Shown here piece after piece: positions 36,982 through 49,949 of a stretch of 64,000 nucleotides of DNA. The notes below the pieces were generated by a model, which saw nothing but the letters and a program-made list of their open reading frames with translations, searched no databases and had not been told where the DNA came from. The stretch comes from Flaccisagitta enflata (taxonomy: Eukaryota), in the NCBI GenBank assembly GCA_965153355.1, contig OZ231126.1, forward strand, positions 21,328,001 through 21,392,000. Direction: 5' to 3'. Made by a program: the position numbers and the translations under genes. Position 1 is the stretch's first letter. Every line of letters starts with the position of its first letter.

Positions 36982-37189
36982 CGGCGTAGGAATCGATGAC
37001 GGCGGCGATTTGTTGACTTGGAAATTGGCAGAGAACCGAAGTGATGTTGGACGCGTAAAGAGTCAAAAGTCGGCAAATGTTCTGCTCGACTTCAGCCGGA
37101 ATTCTGCCGGAAATGGCCGACATCAACTCCTCCATCTCCAAAAGAGGAAGTTCGGGATCCCGAATCACGTCCATGAACGCATCGACAGT
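36982..37189 (-). CDS. ACC: Acetyl-CoA carboxylase exon (central domain)
   Basis: TVDAFMDVIRDPELPLLEMEELMS...YASNITSVLCQFPSQQIAAVIDSYA; hallmark ASNITSVLCQFPSQQIA; CATAG acceptor, GTGAGT donor. Confidence 0.96.
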
Positions 37190-37836
37190 CTATGACAAGG
37201 GAGGACGGAAGAGGGAAGGAAAGGAGAATGGAAGGGAAAAGGAGAGGGGAGGAAGGAAGGTACAGAGGAAGGATACGAGAGAATGTGGAGAAAGAGAAAA
37301 GAAGGGAGGAAGGATGAGATGAGGTAATGAGTATGACCACGTCAGAGACAGAGTGAGAAGAGAAGATTAAGAGAACAATGTGCTTTCCCTCTGACTTTTG
37401 TTTTTTACGCGAATTCCAACAACCCCAGATTTGCCATCTAGATGTGGTCAAACGAGGAGCGGGGTTGGCCAAGGAACATCTTTCTTCCAAGGACTTTTAG
37501 TTTTTAGCAATCTTACCGTCTCCAGTATTCTGCCCTTTTGGCTTCATAGTTTCATCTCTTACCCTTCGTCATCGACTTAAGCTTCATGTAAAAAAGATGC
37601 CGTGATTATTTGTAACTTGTTTATTGGGAGAAAAAAAAAAGGTTCATTCTTGGCGTAATTTGACAATGGTTTGATGCCTTCTTTCCTTTGTTTTCCAGAA
37701 AAAAGATGTGATCCACGTATACGTATATTTTCTATGATTGCTTGTGTTCCCTTTTTCTTTCAGAAAAAAACATCTGTATGAAGATCGAACACAACTGGTG
37801 AACATTAAGATTTACACTTAGGGTTGGTTCGCAAAC

Positions 37837-38096
37837 CTGTTGTAAATGTTGCGCGAAATAATCTTGCGGTAGAACGTAACCAGCCATGATGTTTTCCAAC
37901 GTAGATTTCAATCTGTTGAAGGTGGAATGTTTTTTCTCCGCTTGAAGCTCGAACGAAGATTCTTCCGAGGCTGGGAAGCCGCCTTTGAACAACGCCGCCG
38001 TCTGCACCTTCGAAGAATCGTCCAGATCTAATTTGCATAAAACTGTGCCAGATTGAAGGACGGCCCCGGGACGCTTCACGTAATGGACGCAACCGC
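37837..38096 (-). CDS. ACC: Acetyl-CoA carboxylase exon
   Basis: (S)GCVHYVKRPGAVLQSGTVLCKLDLDDSSKV...FAQHLQQ; acceptor TTTCAG, donor GTTTGC; phase joins the previous exon (A|GC = Ser). Confidence 0.93.
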
Positions 38097-38233
38097 CTGA
38101 AAGGGAAAAGATAGAGACGGAATGACCTAGTCCTAAACGGTAGAAAGGGAAAGACAGTCTAAACACAAAGAAACAGTTCAAGAATATGTGAAAAGGAGAT
38201 CGCCTCTGAATTTTAGCAATTTAGATGACTTAC

Positions 38234-38341
38234 TTTCAGCGACCCTCAGCTCCATGACCATCTTCATAACTTCAATTTCGGCGTAGACATCGTTCTGGAA
38301 AACGTGACCTCCATCCTCTACCAAATACTGGATCAGCTTCC
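38234..38341 (-). CDS. ACC: Acetyl-CoA carboxylase exon (biotin carboxyl carrier domain)
   Basis: Reads (G)[35 protein letters not shown] with the biotinylation motif EVMKM; acceptor TTTTAG, donor GTAAGT; phase 1 to 1. Not in the ORF track. Confidence 0.95.
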
Positions 38342-38629
38342 CTAAAATCACGAGCGAAAATGAGCAGGCCTTATTTTAGCTATTTCGTCGACAGCCTTAT
38401 GGGCTCGCTTCTCACAATTTGACTGAGCCCGATCGGAGAACAGCGAGCCCGATCGGAGAACAGCGAGCCCGTTTAAAGACGTCATAAAACCCTAATTTGC
38501 ATTACGCTGATTGCATCGCCGTCATACTTTAAATCACACTGTTGCGACCATGTTTATTTGTTACTTTGCAAAAATGTGACCAAACGAGCCCATGCGAAAC
38601 TTTCTACTTGCTTGGGAACCAATTTTAGG

Positions 38630-39027
38630 GCGCCTTACCTTGAATTTTCCTTCAGCCTATGGGAAACCAAAAATTTCAAAATGCTTAAATCTCTGTTTTG
38701 ACTGCAGATTAGAAATCTGCAGAAAAGACTGTTAACTGAAAGTGCTTTCCTTTTTTCAATATTCCAACTAGAAGGTGCTCAAAATAAGTGTCAAAGTTTG
38801 CAAAACTTACCTTTCTCTTTTTTTTATATGTAAAATCGCCCAACTTACCCTTTTTTATATCTTTAAGATGTATTTTGACTATGATCCCGAAGGAATATTG
38901 AAAAAAGGAAAGCACTTTCAATTAACAGTTTTTTCTGCAGATTTCAAATCTGCAGTCAAAACAGAGATTTAAGCACTTTGAAATTTTTGGTTTACCATAG
39001 GCTGAAGGAAAATTCACGGTAAGGCGC
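38630..39027. repeat. Near-perfect palindrome (136-bp arms, 126-bp spacer)
   Basis: Arms 38630-38765 and 38892-39027 are reverse complements with few mismatches. Confidence 0.92.
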
Positions 39028-39271
39028 GGACAGCAAGATGCAAATTTTTCAGACCAAAATTGATGCCATTAGAAGCCCAAGACAGCCCCACAACAAGAAC
39101 TACTTGTAGAATTCTGATTTTATTGCTTTTAGTCATTTAGGTACAAGCTAGTATACATAGTCCATCCATCAAACGCTACCTAGACGATTTTCAGTTGAGG
39201 ACATGTAACTCCGTAAGCCTTGTTTTTAGTTGGTTGGTCCGTTGGTCTATCTGTCTGTTACAAAGTCGATT

Positions 39272-39780
<509 letters not shown>

Positions 39781-39889
39781 TCTTGGTCGAATTTCAAAAA
39801 ACACCACAGATGGATGGACGGATCGATGGATGGACCGATGGATGGACAAAGACCGACTTTGATAGAGATGCGGGGTCGCATTTCAAGAC

Positions 39890-40094
39890 AAACAAGGCCG
39901 GATACACGGCTACCCCAGTCGCGTGCGGGTGGGCAGGGGCCATAATTGAGGTCACCAGATCATTTGGGCAGGAGCAGTGAAGCCAAAAGCCACAAAAACC
40001 CAAAAAAAGTAAAGTGTGACCGACGGACGGACGGACGGACGGAGCGACGGACCGACAAAGCAGGATGTAGAGTCGCGTAGCACGCGACTAAAAA
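39890..40094 (-). mobile_element. HINE family A copy (near consensus)
   Basis: AAACAAGGCCGGATACACGGCTACCCCAGTCGCGTGC...(GGAC)n...GTAGAGTCGCGTAGCACGCGACTAAAAA; partial tandem copy to about 40177. Confidence 0.82.
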
Positions 40095-40855
40095 GCAAAA
40101 TGTGAGGGACCAACTGACTGACCAAGGGATGGACAGACAAAGCAGGTTGTAGAGTCGCGTAGCACGCGACCTAAAAAGAAAACCGGCATAGGGGGAAAAA
40201 GAAATTGTATTGGTTATAGGCGGAATTCCATTAGAAGAAGAGCTTTTGGGAAGGAGAAATATTGCAAACAAGTGATGCAGAGTCGCAATATCGTTGCAGA
40301 CGGGTGGGCAGGGGCATCGAACCCACATCCACATCCCAACCCATCCCCACGCATACAAAAAAAATGTGAACAACGAGTGGGTAAAAGGGGTTTAGAAAGC
40401 ATTAACAAAATATCCATCATTCAGGTTTTTTCATCTTATTTTACTACTTTTTTAAAAACCTATATTCTTATCTTCAAATCTCAGGCTCAGCATATTCTTA
40501 CGATGTTCTTATTTTTTGGCCAAATCTGAGGCTGATGTTCTTATAAACAGTGTTATTACAAAAAGAAAAGCGTATATCTTCATCTGCAGGATGGTTCACA
40601 ACACTTTGCTTTTGTATTTATCACTGCCCTTACTTATGGGTAAAACGAGTGTTGAGTCACTGGCCCAATAGGTATTCTGTGCTTTTGAAAATCAGTACTC
40701 GCAATGAATCATGTAATTTTGAAATTGCATATAATGTAAAGTGTGAATTCAACATCAACAAAAGAGTAGCATGAGAAAAACAAAAAAAATTCTATTAACT
40801 GTCTGTGATTCAATTTTCTTTGTCATCACGATCAAAGGCGTCATTGATGACAATT

Positions 40856-40944
<89 letters not shown>

Positions 40945-41784
40945 AACACCGATGACAGATTCGGTGAAAACGACGACGATGGTGACAATTGAGAGAAAGA
41001 GGCAGAGGCGTTGAGTTCACTGTATCTAGCGGCGGCGTCTCTTGTTGACACCGTCGCAGCAAAAGTGAGGTAAGGTGGCGCCTTCGCCGACGCTATTGAC
41101 CCTATAGGCTAAAAGCAACGAAAATGACGTCCCACTCCCTTATCAACCACGGTCACCACCTCCTAGTCCCGGCAAAGTGGATCGTCGGGACGAAGCCAAA
41201 GAGCATGACGAGAGAGTTGAGATGAAGTCGAAAGTCTTCGGGAAAAGTCTTCGGGAGAGGATGCAACAAGCAACGTAGTTTGATGATGCTGATTGCGTTT
41301 CATGCAATTTTCGTCGTCATTGTCTTCGTCGCCCAAATTAGTGGCTGCAAAGAATGATGTTGTTGTTGGAAAATATGTTGTCTTAATGATTGTTTGCGTA
41401 ATTTTCGTTCTTTTCCTTGTTGTTGTTCCAAAACTTCCGCGAGTTTGATAAGGACCGAAAGACAGCGTCGGATTCAGCTTTGGCGCTGGTGGACTAAATG
41501 GATGGATGTGAGATTAAAGTATCAAATATATGAATGAATGAATGAATGTGTGATGATTGAAAAAATGAATGAATAAATCCATTAGAGTGAAAATGTGAAT
41601 CAATCAATCAATCAATCAATCAAGCATTCAGTCAATGAGCAAAAATGTGAGAATGAGTCTTTTGATCATCATCATTGTCATGGTCATCTTCAACCTCATT
41701 ATCATCATCCTGTCATCGTCATCAATTTGATCCATTTAAAATGTGCAATGCAACGAAATTAATCATTACCATTACCATTACCAT

Positions 41785-42379
41785 CAGGGACGTAGGAGAG
41801 TTAGATTTTTAGGGCATGCCACCCCTCAATTAGTGTCCGACAAATTTAGTGTCCCAACAGAAACTAACTTGTGGTTTTTGGTCATAAACTATAAAAAACA
41901 GTAACTATTGCTATACTTTAGCATGCTTCATGAATTGTGCATAGTGAAGAAACATTTTTTAGCAATTTTTGATTGCTTCATGAATTTTTTAATCAATAAA
42001 CATGTCATGACAATTTTAAGAATGATTAAATTGCAGGTCTTGTAATATAGTTACAAATTTCCCCACACATATCCCCTCCCTTTTGCCTCACCAGTTAAGG
42101 GAAAAATCAAGGGGTTAGGAGATGGAGAAGGAAATGAAAGAGTAGAAAAACAAAGATAATGATATTGCAAAAGATAAACACTTTTAGCAATACTATAAAG
42201 TAATATTTAGTAACTACAATACAATTTCATAACAGTTAGACTAAAACTTTGCTATAAAAGGGTGTATATGGAAAAAACTTATACTTTAAGTGGCAACAAA
42301 AATCCCTGAGGGAATTCAAGACTTGTGCAACTATACACCCATGGACGAAAATTTGTGACAAACAATATTTTTTCTTGTA

Positions 42380-42465
<86 letters not shown>

Positions 42466-42742
42466 TACTGCAGAAAAATGTACTGATCTCAACGAGTTTA
42501 AGGTAGACAAGTAGGTAATGAGGAGTTTTCCATTTTACTTGGCCTTTAGCCAAAATTGGCCTTTGTATAGATCTGTTAGCTTGCCACCATAAAAACCTAA
42601 TCACTTGTCTATTTATCTGTCAGTGCCAATGGGTCTGTGTTTCCCTGTTATTTTCCCCCTTTTTTCTTTCTTTCTCTTTTCACTTCCAATCTATTCAGAT
42701 GCTTTTTTTTTTTCTACTTTTTAACTTTGATTCCTCTGTCTT

Positions 42743-42778
<36 letters not shown>

Positions 42779-42970
42779 ACTTTCTCTCTCTAACTCTTTG
42801 TCTGCTTTTTTCCTTTCTTTCTTTCTTTCTTTTTTTCTTTTTCTTTTCCTTTTCCTTCCTTTCTTTCTCCTTTTCCTTGTTCTTGAAGAGATTGGTGTCC
42901 TGACAACTTTAGTGTCCTGACAATAGGGCATGCCATGGCATGCCCGGCATGCCTTGTCCTAAGGTCCCTG
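41785..42970. mobile_element. Non-autonomous hAT element
   Basis: TIRs CAGGGACGTAGG and CCTAAGGTCCCTG; ATTACCAT on both sides (41777-41784, 42971-42978); subterminal TAGGGCATGCCA and TTAGTGTCC motifs at both ends. Confidence 0.8.
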
Positions 42971-44454
42971 ATTACCATCACTATTACCATTACATTAATA
43001 CGGTTAGCAGTGTCGTAGTGCTAATGTAACTCTCCCTGAATCAAGAGTAGCCACAAAAGACAAAAAGAAGATGAAGAGGAAGAAAAGAAGAAGAAGAAGA
43101 AGAAGAAGAAGAAGGAAAGAAGAAGAAGAAGAAGAAGAAGAAGAAGAAGAAGAAGAAGAAGAAGAAGAAGAAGAAGAAGAAGAAGAAAAAGAAAGAGGAC
43201 GGAGAAGAAAGAAAGAGAAAAGAAGAAGAAAACGAAAAAATAGCGGTTGAAGAAGAAGAAGAAGAAGGAAGGAGAAGAAGAAGAGGAAGAAAAAGAAAAA
43301 GAAAGAAAAAGAAGAAGAAGAAGAAGAAGAAGAAATAAGAAGAAGAAGAAGAGAAGAAGATAGAGGAGGAGAAGAAAGAAAAAGAAAAAGAAAGAAGAAG
43401 AAGAAGAAAAAGAAAAAGAAAAGAAAAAGAAAAGATGATAAGAAGGAGGAGTAATAATATAGAAGAAGAAGGAAGAAGACATGAAGGAGCAGAAGAAGGA
43501 GAAGAAGAAAAGAAAAGAAAAGAAGAAGAAGAAGAAGAAGGAGAAGAAGAAGGAGAAGAAGAAGGAGAAGAAGAAGGAGAAGAAGAAAGAAAAGAAAAAG
43601 AAGAAGGAGAAGAAGAAGGAGAAGAAGAAGAAGAAGAAGAAGAAGAAGAAGAAGAAGAAGAAGAAGAAGAAGAAGAAAAAAGAAAAGAAAAAAGAAAAGT
43701 AAGTACAGTTACCACAGTTATACTTTGACAGTAAGTGACCCTCCCTTTCCAGCTGGTTGAAATTTTGAAAAGGGTATTATTGGGGGAATCTCTGTCTGAT
43801 TCTGTCCAGTCTTAATCAAGGAAAATGTGATTCCAATTATAGATTGAAATCACCTGTGATTGGATTAATTGTCATCCTCTCTCTCCCATGATAGGTAATG
43901 ATTTTTGTGATGTGGTCTGATCTTTCCTTTAAATGAGAGGAGATGAACCAGCCCTGTCAGTCCAACTCATTCTCTCTCTGTATCTGGCAAGTGTCACTTC
44001 ACAGTGCTACAAGGGTGCCTGACTTCTCCCAACATTCAAGAGTTACCAGGTTTTGAGCTATGGCTTGAAACCTTATGAATAAATGGTTTGATGTCATCCC
44101 TAATAGTCAGGTGTATAATGTCAAACCTATTTTTGAGACACTCGTGACCCCTAGGGGGCCCTTAATTAGGGTCAAATGGTCACCTTTGGCTTGTCTCCTG
44201 CTTGTCTCCACATGAAAGTGCAAGCAGAAGCAATCAAAAAATGTCTACAGTCGGACCAGACTCCCTATCATTTATCAATCACTTGAAACATACAAAAATT
44301 TGATTGAGCTCCGTTGACAATAAGTCTTTAAAACGGTTTTCTAGCGATCAGTACACCTTCATTGAGCAAAATTAACTCAGATCACAGTATATTAATTATT
44401 ATTTTTTAAAACTTAACTTTACTTCATAGTTATCATATTATGTTTGTTTGTCTG

Positions 44455-45470
44455 AAAGACACCACTTGAAGGGCATATTTCCAAATTTCATGTTTCCAAG
44501 TGGCTCCAAAGTGGCTACCAATTTGTATTTTTTCTAGAGCGCATCAATTCGCGCACACCCCCAGATTTGTTCCTAACGCATACCTAACGCTTAAGATGCG
44601 CCACTATGGCGTGAAAACGAAACAATTTACATGTCAAAATCTGATCACACCATTTGGTTGTTTAAATTTTAATTTACACTGAAAATTTCCAAGTCTTAAC
44701 TATCAGACGTTTGGTCACAATGAAATTTTACATTTTGTTGGTCCTGAAGTGTGAACAGAATTGATATGCTAGTCAGACGGCTCTCGTAGTTAATTTCTTC
44801 TTAGCGTTAGTCAAGAGTTAGCGTTCTTTGAATGAATATCATGCTATGTGTCCAATTTACTTCAATGTCTATATTTGATGAACCCTTTGAATTAAAATTG
44901 GCATATCTCAAGAACTGTTCAAGCTAGCCCATTGAAATTTTGCATGGCTGGTACCTAGACCAAGATGGTCTTTTGCTTAAATTCTGATGCGACCTACAGA
45001 ATGTCAAGCAGTCCAACCAGACCAACCAGCCTACCAGATGAAAAATGGCATAACTTCTAAAGTAATGTCCGATTTGGTTGAAATTTTTCATGAAGCTTTC
45101 TTTAAAGATATTCTTCGTCACTGGCATGTGCTTGGGGAAAAATATTTTCTTCCGACAGCCCACCCAGCTGTAAATGGCTTTTATAGAGATTTTTTTTAAA
45201 AAACTAAAATTCAAAATTTCAGAAACAGATTCTACATGTTTGCTTGAACCTTATCAATAAGAATTTTGCTGTCATATTGATTTCTTAGTTGTATTTAGCT
45301 AAATTGTCTAGTAATAAAATTGCCAACGTTATCTATTTAAGCCTAATTTGCATGAAAAATGAGCTTACTTAAGAAAATCCAAGTATGGATTAATATGTAA
45401 GAATAGGTAAGCTACATGATGATGTATGGTTTGTTCAATATTCAAACATGTAAATTTGATGAATTTCATC
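44455..45470 (-). mobile_element. Unclassified ~1-kb interspersed repeat, inverted copy of 17270-18250
   Basis: GTTCCTAACGCATACCTAACGCTTAAGATGCGCCACTAT and other blocks match the 17-18 kb copy. Confidence 0.7.
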
Positions 45471-45496
45471 CCGACCATGTCGGGTTAGCATGACAC

Positions 45497-45565
<69 letters not shown>

Positions 45566-45573
45566 TTTATTAC

Positions 45574-45745
45574 CGATGTAACTCTTTTTCTGGTTGTAAT
45601 TTCTTCTGCAAACATTGCATACAACTCGTATGAGAGGTGACGCCGCGACTTTTGAGACGCCGTGAAATGTAGTTATGTGGCCAACGCACACGTCTTCACT
45701 GGGGAAAATTATGTCACACGGTTCGCACTTGTAATAAAAATCCAT
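45574..45745 (-). CDS. Putative first coding exon of a C2H2 zinc-finger protein
   Basis: ACCATGG Kozak context; YKCEPCDIIFPSEDVCVGHITTFH fits C-x2-C-x12-H-x4-H; second finger CNVCRRNYNQKKSYI is cut by a G|GTAATA donor. Confidence 0.6.
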
Positions 45746-46069
45746 GGTCGAAAAGAAAAACAGCAATAAAAAAATTGAAGGATTCATGCTCCGTTCATTC
45801 TCGAATTAGGAGTTGACTTCGTATCAAATGATTCTAGAGCCTCATTCTAATAATTGCCTTCCGCCGCTTCTAACGCGATTGTAATGTATCATTCCGGCCA
45901 GGGTGCGACGATACCTTCACGAAACTTCATCGCATGCAAATGGCGTCGTTAACACACAAGAGTCTTGCATAAAAACAATCACTAATTCTTTGTTTTTTGA
46001 CTCTTGGTAATCTTCTGAAGCGACTTTTTAAATCTTGATCGACAATTTCAATTCGTTAATTGCATCATT

Positions 46070-46173
<104 letters not shown>

Positions 46174-46192
46174 CCATCGAGTTGATGGGGTG

Positions 46193-46644
<452 letters not shown>

Positions 46645-46792
46645 GGGAAAAAGTGAGAGAAGAAGACGAAAATTCGACGAGGGAAGGATAGTGCTGCTTT
46701 TGACTTTTAGACACTAATGACGGCCCAGCCTTTCTACCAACTCACGTCGCTGAATAAACGACAGTTCAAAATCTTTTTATTCAATTCCACCT

Positions 46793-46854
<62 letters not shown>

Positions 46855-47154
46855 GACGCACACACACACAAACACACACTCAGAGGGTTTTTTGCCGTTC
46901 TTTTTCTCTCTGTGTACGCCTCACACGCTCTCTATCGCCTCGGCTTGAAACGAAATTTTCACAAAAAAAGAAGAAGGGAAAAAAAGAAAAAAAAACTCAT
47001 TCACATGCAAATGAATTTTCTGCTTTGCACATTGTTTGCATTCTTGGCATTGTTAGCGTCACTCAAAACTCTCTCGGATTTTAACGGATGAGACAAACAA
47101 ATGGAGGAAAAGATGCAGAGGGGATTTGGTTCAGGATGGCGAAAGCCAGGTTCG

Positions 47155-47238
47155 ATGGATGGATGGAGGGATGGATGGATGGATGGATGGATGGATGGAT
47201 GGATGGATGGATGGATGGATGGATGGATGGATGGATGG

Positions 47239-47274
<36 letters not shown>

Positions 47275-47417
47275 ATGGATGGATGGATGGATGTATGGAT
47301 GGATGCATGGATGGATGTATGGATGGATGGATGGATGGATGGATGGATGGATGGTTGGATGGATGGATGGATGGATGGATGGATGGATGGATGGATGGAT
47401 GGATGGATGGATGGATG
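47155..47417. repeat. (GGAT)n microsatellite
   Basis: Directly visible. Confidence 0.97.
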
Positions 47418-47520
47418 AAAGAATGGAAGAAAGATGGCAAAGTTTAACAGGATGGAGGTTGAATAGTAAACGGTATCTGATGATGGAGATGGAATTTGGG
47501 TGAGGGAGCCAGGATGATTC

Positions 47521-47718
47521 AAACAAGGCCGGATACACGGCCATCAGTTGCGGACGGGTGGGCAGGGGCATCCAACCTCAATCCACACCACAAGTCCCTC
47601 ACTCACATGCACAAAAAGCATCTAAAACGCTCATTTCCTCACTTTTCGACTCGTGCTTACGGACCGACCAACGGACGGACGGACAAAGCCTCTTATAGAG
47701 TTGAGTGTCCGCAACTAA
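47521..47718 (-). mobile_element. HINE family A copy
   Basis: AAACAAGGCCGGATACACGGCC...CCTCTTATAGAGTTGAGTGTCCGCAACTAA. Confidence 0.75.
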
Positions 47719-48301
47719 GAAATACAAAACGAACCAAAATAAGGTGGTTTCCGTCTTCCTAAGAACTCTTACAAAAAAACTCAAACAAAACAAGTGGTGC
47801 AGGTACAAGAGGCCCTCCCCCATTTATTCAAGTCGGGGGAGTTTGAGCCTGAGCCTATAGCGGCATGTTTTTGGGCGCGAGGTTGAGTTTTAAGCGGCAT
47901 GAGTTTGAGCGTGAGGTTGAACGGCATGCACGAAGGGATTTGGAACGAAAAATACCGACAGATATGGAAGAAAAGAGCCAAAAAGGAGGAACCAACTAAG
48001 AATAATGAATCGTAAACGTACAAAAATGAAGAGGAAAAAAGAAGAAGAACCTTTAATTTCCCGAGATAAGCAAACATTCCGGATGCAGCTTGGCTCAGAG
48101 GGAAAGAAGAATATATTGGAGAAAAAAAGATGGTGGGAGTTGGGAATGGAGAATCCAGTTGAAGTGAAATGAAAAAGTTTTTGTTAGGAAGGCGTCATGA
48201 TAATTACTCTAAAACGTTTTAAGTTCAAAGACTTTGCTTTGTACCTAAAACAAGTCCACCTCTTCCTTTAGTAGGGGATCTTTCATTTTAGATTCCATGT
48301 A

Positions 48302-48413
48302 CAGTTGAGCTTCACTAGAGCGCATTTCAAGAAATCTCTCATAGGACTGTAAGTAGTATACTTCATTGCAGGGCTTGCCTTATTAGCGGGTGCGCTCTAG
48401 CGCTGCTCCACTG
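48302..48413. mobile_element. Short Tc1/mariner-type MITE
   Basis: TA|CAGTTGAGCTTCACTAGAGCGCA...TGCGCTCTAGCGCTGCTCCACTG|TA; related left end at 2674. Confidence 0.75.
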
Positions 48414-49759
48414 TACATGTTGCAGCTGATGAGCTGATCCGGCCCGACCATCTCCACCTCCTCATGTAAAACATCGACAGGACAGGAATAAGAGTCAGGC
48501 GCTTGGGTTGGTAAGGGCAGTGACAAGAAAGTCTAACAAACATTTGGGCAGGAGCCGTGACACAAATATTGTCCATAAGGGCCAAATTCGGTGAAATTTG
48601 CGGACTAAAGGAGGGGTGGACCAACAGTCTGATTGTGTGAGACAGACAGAAAGACGAAGCGGGTGCTAGCTTCTAGAAAATACTGAAAAAAGATAGACAA
48701 ACGAAAATGGTTGAAGACCGGAGTAAGCAAGACAGAAAAAAAGGAACCAGAAAGACGAAAGAGACGAAAAGAGAATATCCGTCAAGGAACGGAATATAAA
48801 GGCGGAAATTATATAAAGCCGCCGATGACGTTTGAACCTCGCGATGCCGTTTACTTGCCAAACACACTGCCGAAACCAAGAAAAAGAAGAGAAAAAAAAG
48901 AGAAAAGAAATAGAAATAGAAAATATATAAAAAAGAAAAAGGAAAAAAGAAAAAGAGAGAAAGAGAAAGGAAAAAAGGCGCCGTATCTAACCAAGAACGA
49001 CGACGCGATGGAGGAGGAACTGAACAAACCATTCTATATTTGGGGGTTGGGTGATAAAAGATGGCCTTGATAGGACGGAGAAGATAGGGGAAGTTGGGGG
49101 TTGGGAGGTTGAAAGCTCCCATATCGTGTTGGATGTCATTTTGAAGTGAAAAAGTAAAAATGGCACCGTGTTCAACCGAAACAGAGAAGGATAATCGACA
49201 AAAGATTGACCAGATAGAAAAGATGAGGAGTCAAAATGGCATTATTAGAGGGTAATTGAGGTATGAGATTTGAAGCTGGGAGGAATCAACCACATTACAG
49301 GTATGGGCAGACCTCTTGATTATGTTGCAGCGTGCAGCGCCGCTGCTGGGAAGGGAAGGGGGCATGTCGGAAGGTTTTGGAAGGAATGGGAGAAAAGGAA
49401 AAAAAAAGGAAGAAGGAAAAGAAGAAAAGAAAAAGAAGGAAGAAAAAAAAAAGAAGAGAAAAGAAAAGAAAGGAAAGGAAAACAAAAAAGAAAAAGAAAA
49501 AGAGAAAAAAAAGGAAAAGGAAGGAAAATCAAATTGAGAAAAAAAGAAGAGTAGGAAAAATATTATAAAAAAAGAAAGGAAAAAAGAGGGCATTTCTTTA
49601 AAGTCAAAAATTTAATGTGATGGATGGATGGACTGACGGATGGATAGACAGATGGACGGACTGACAGAGGAATATGTAGCTGCGTGCATGCAACTAAAAA
49701 TTTATCAACGATCCAAGTAACATCAAAACCAATTAAGGAGAATCAAGGATGAATTTGAA

Positions 49760-49949
49760 TGTGTGCACGCGACTCTACACCCTGCTTTGTCCGTCCGTCC
49801 GTCGGTCTGTTGGTCACACTTTTACTTTTTTTATCAATTTTATTTCTTTAAGTGATTTAAAGTCTTGTAAGAGTATACTGAGTCATTCTGAGTCATTCTA
49901 AGTCAAATCTGTAAATCTCGCACGCGACTTATAGGTGTTGGCCTTGTTG
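49760..49949 (+). mobile_element. HINE family A subfamily copy
   Basis: Reverse-complement homolog of 9940-10151; ends GCACGCGACTTATAGGTGTTGGCCTTGTT. Confidence 0.72.

Noticed and set aside
43700-44100. Coding-like unique segment (Ig-like or TE-like words)
   Set aside because: Stops interrupt the frames examined and no diagnostic motif could be supported.
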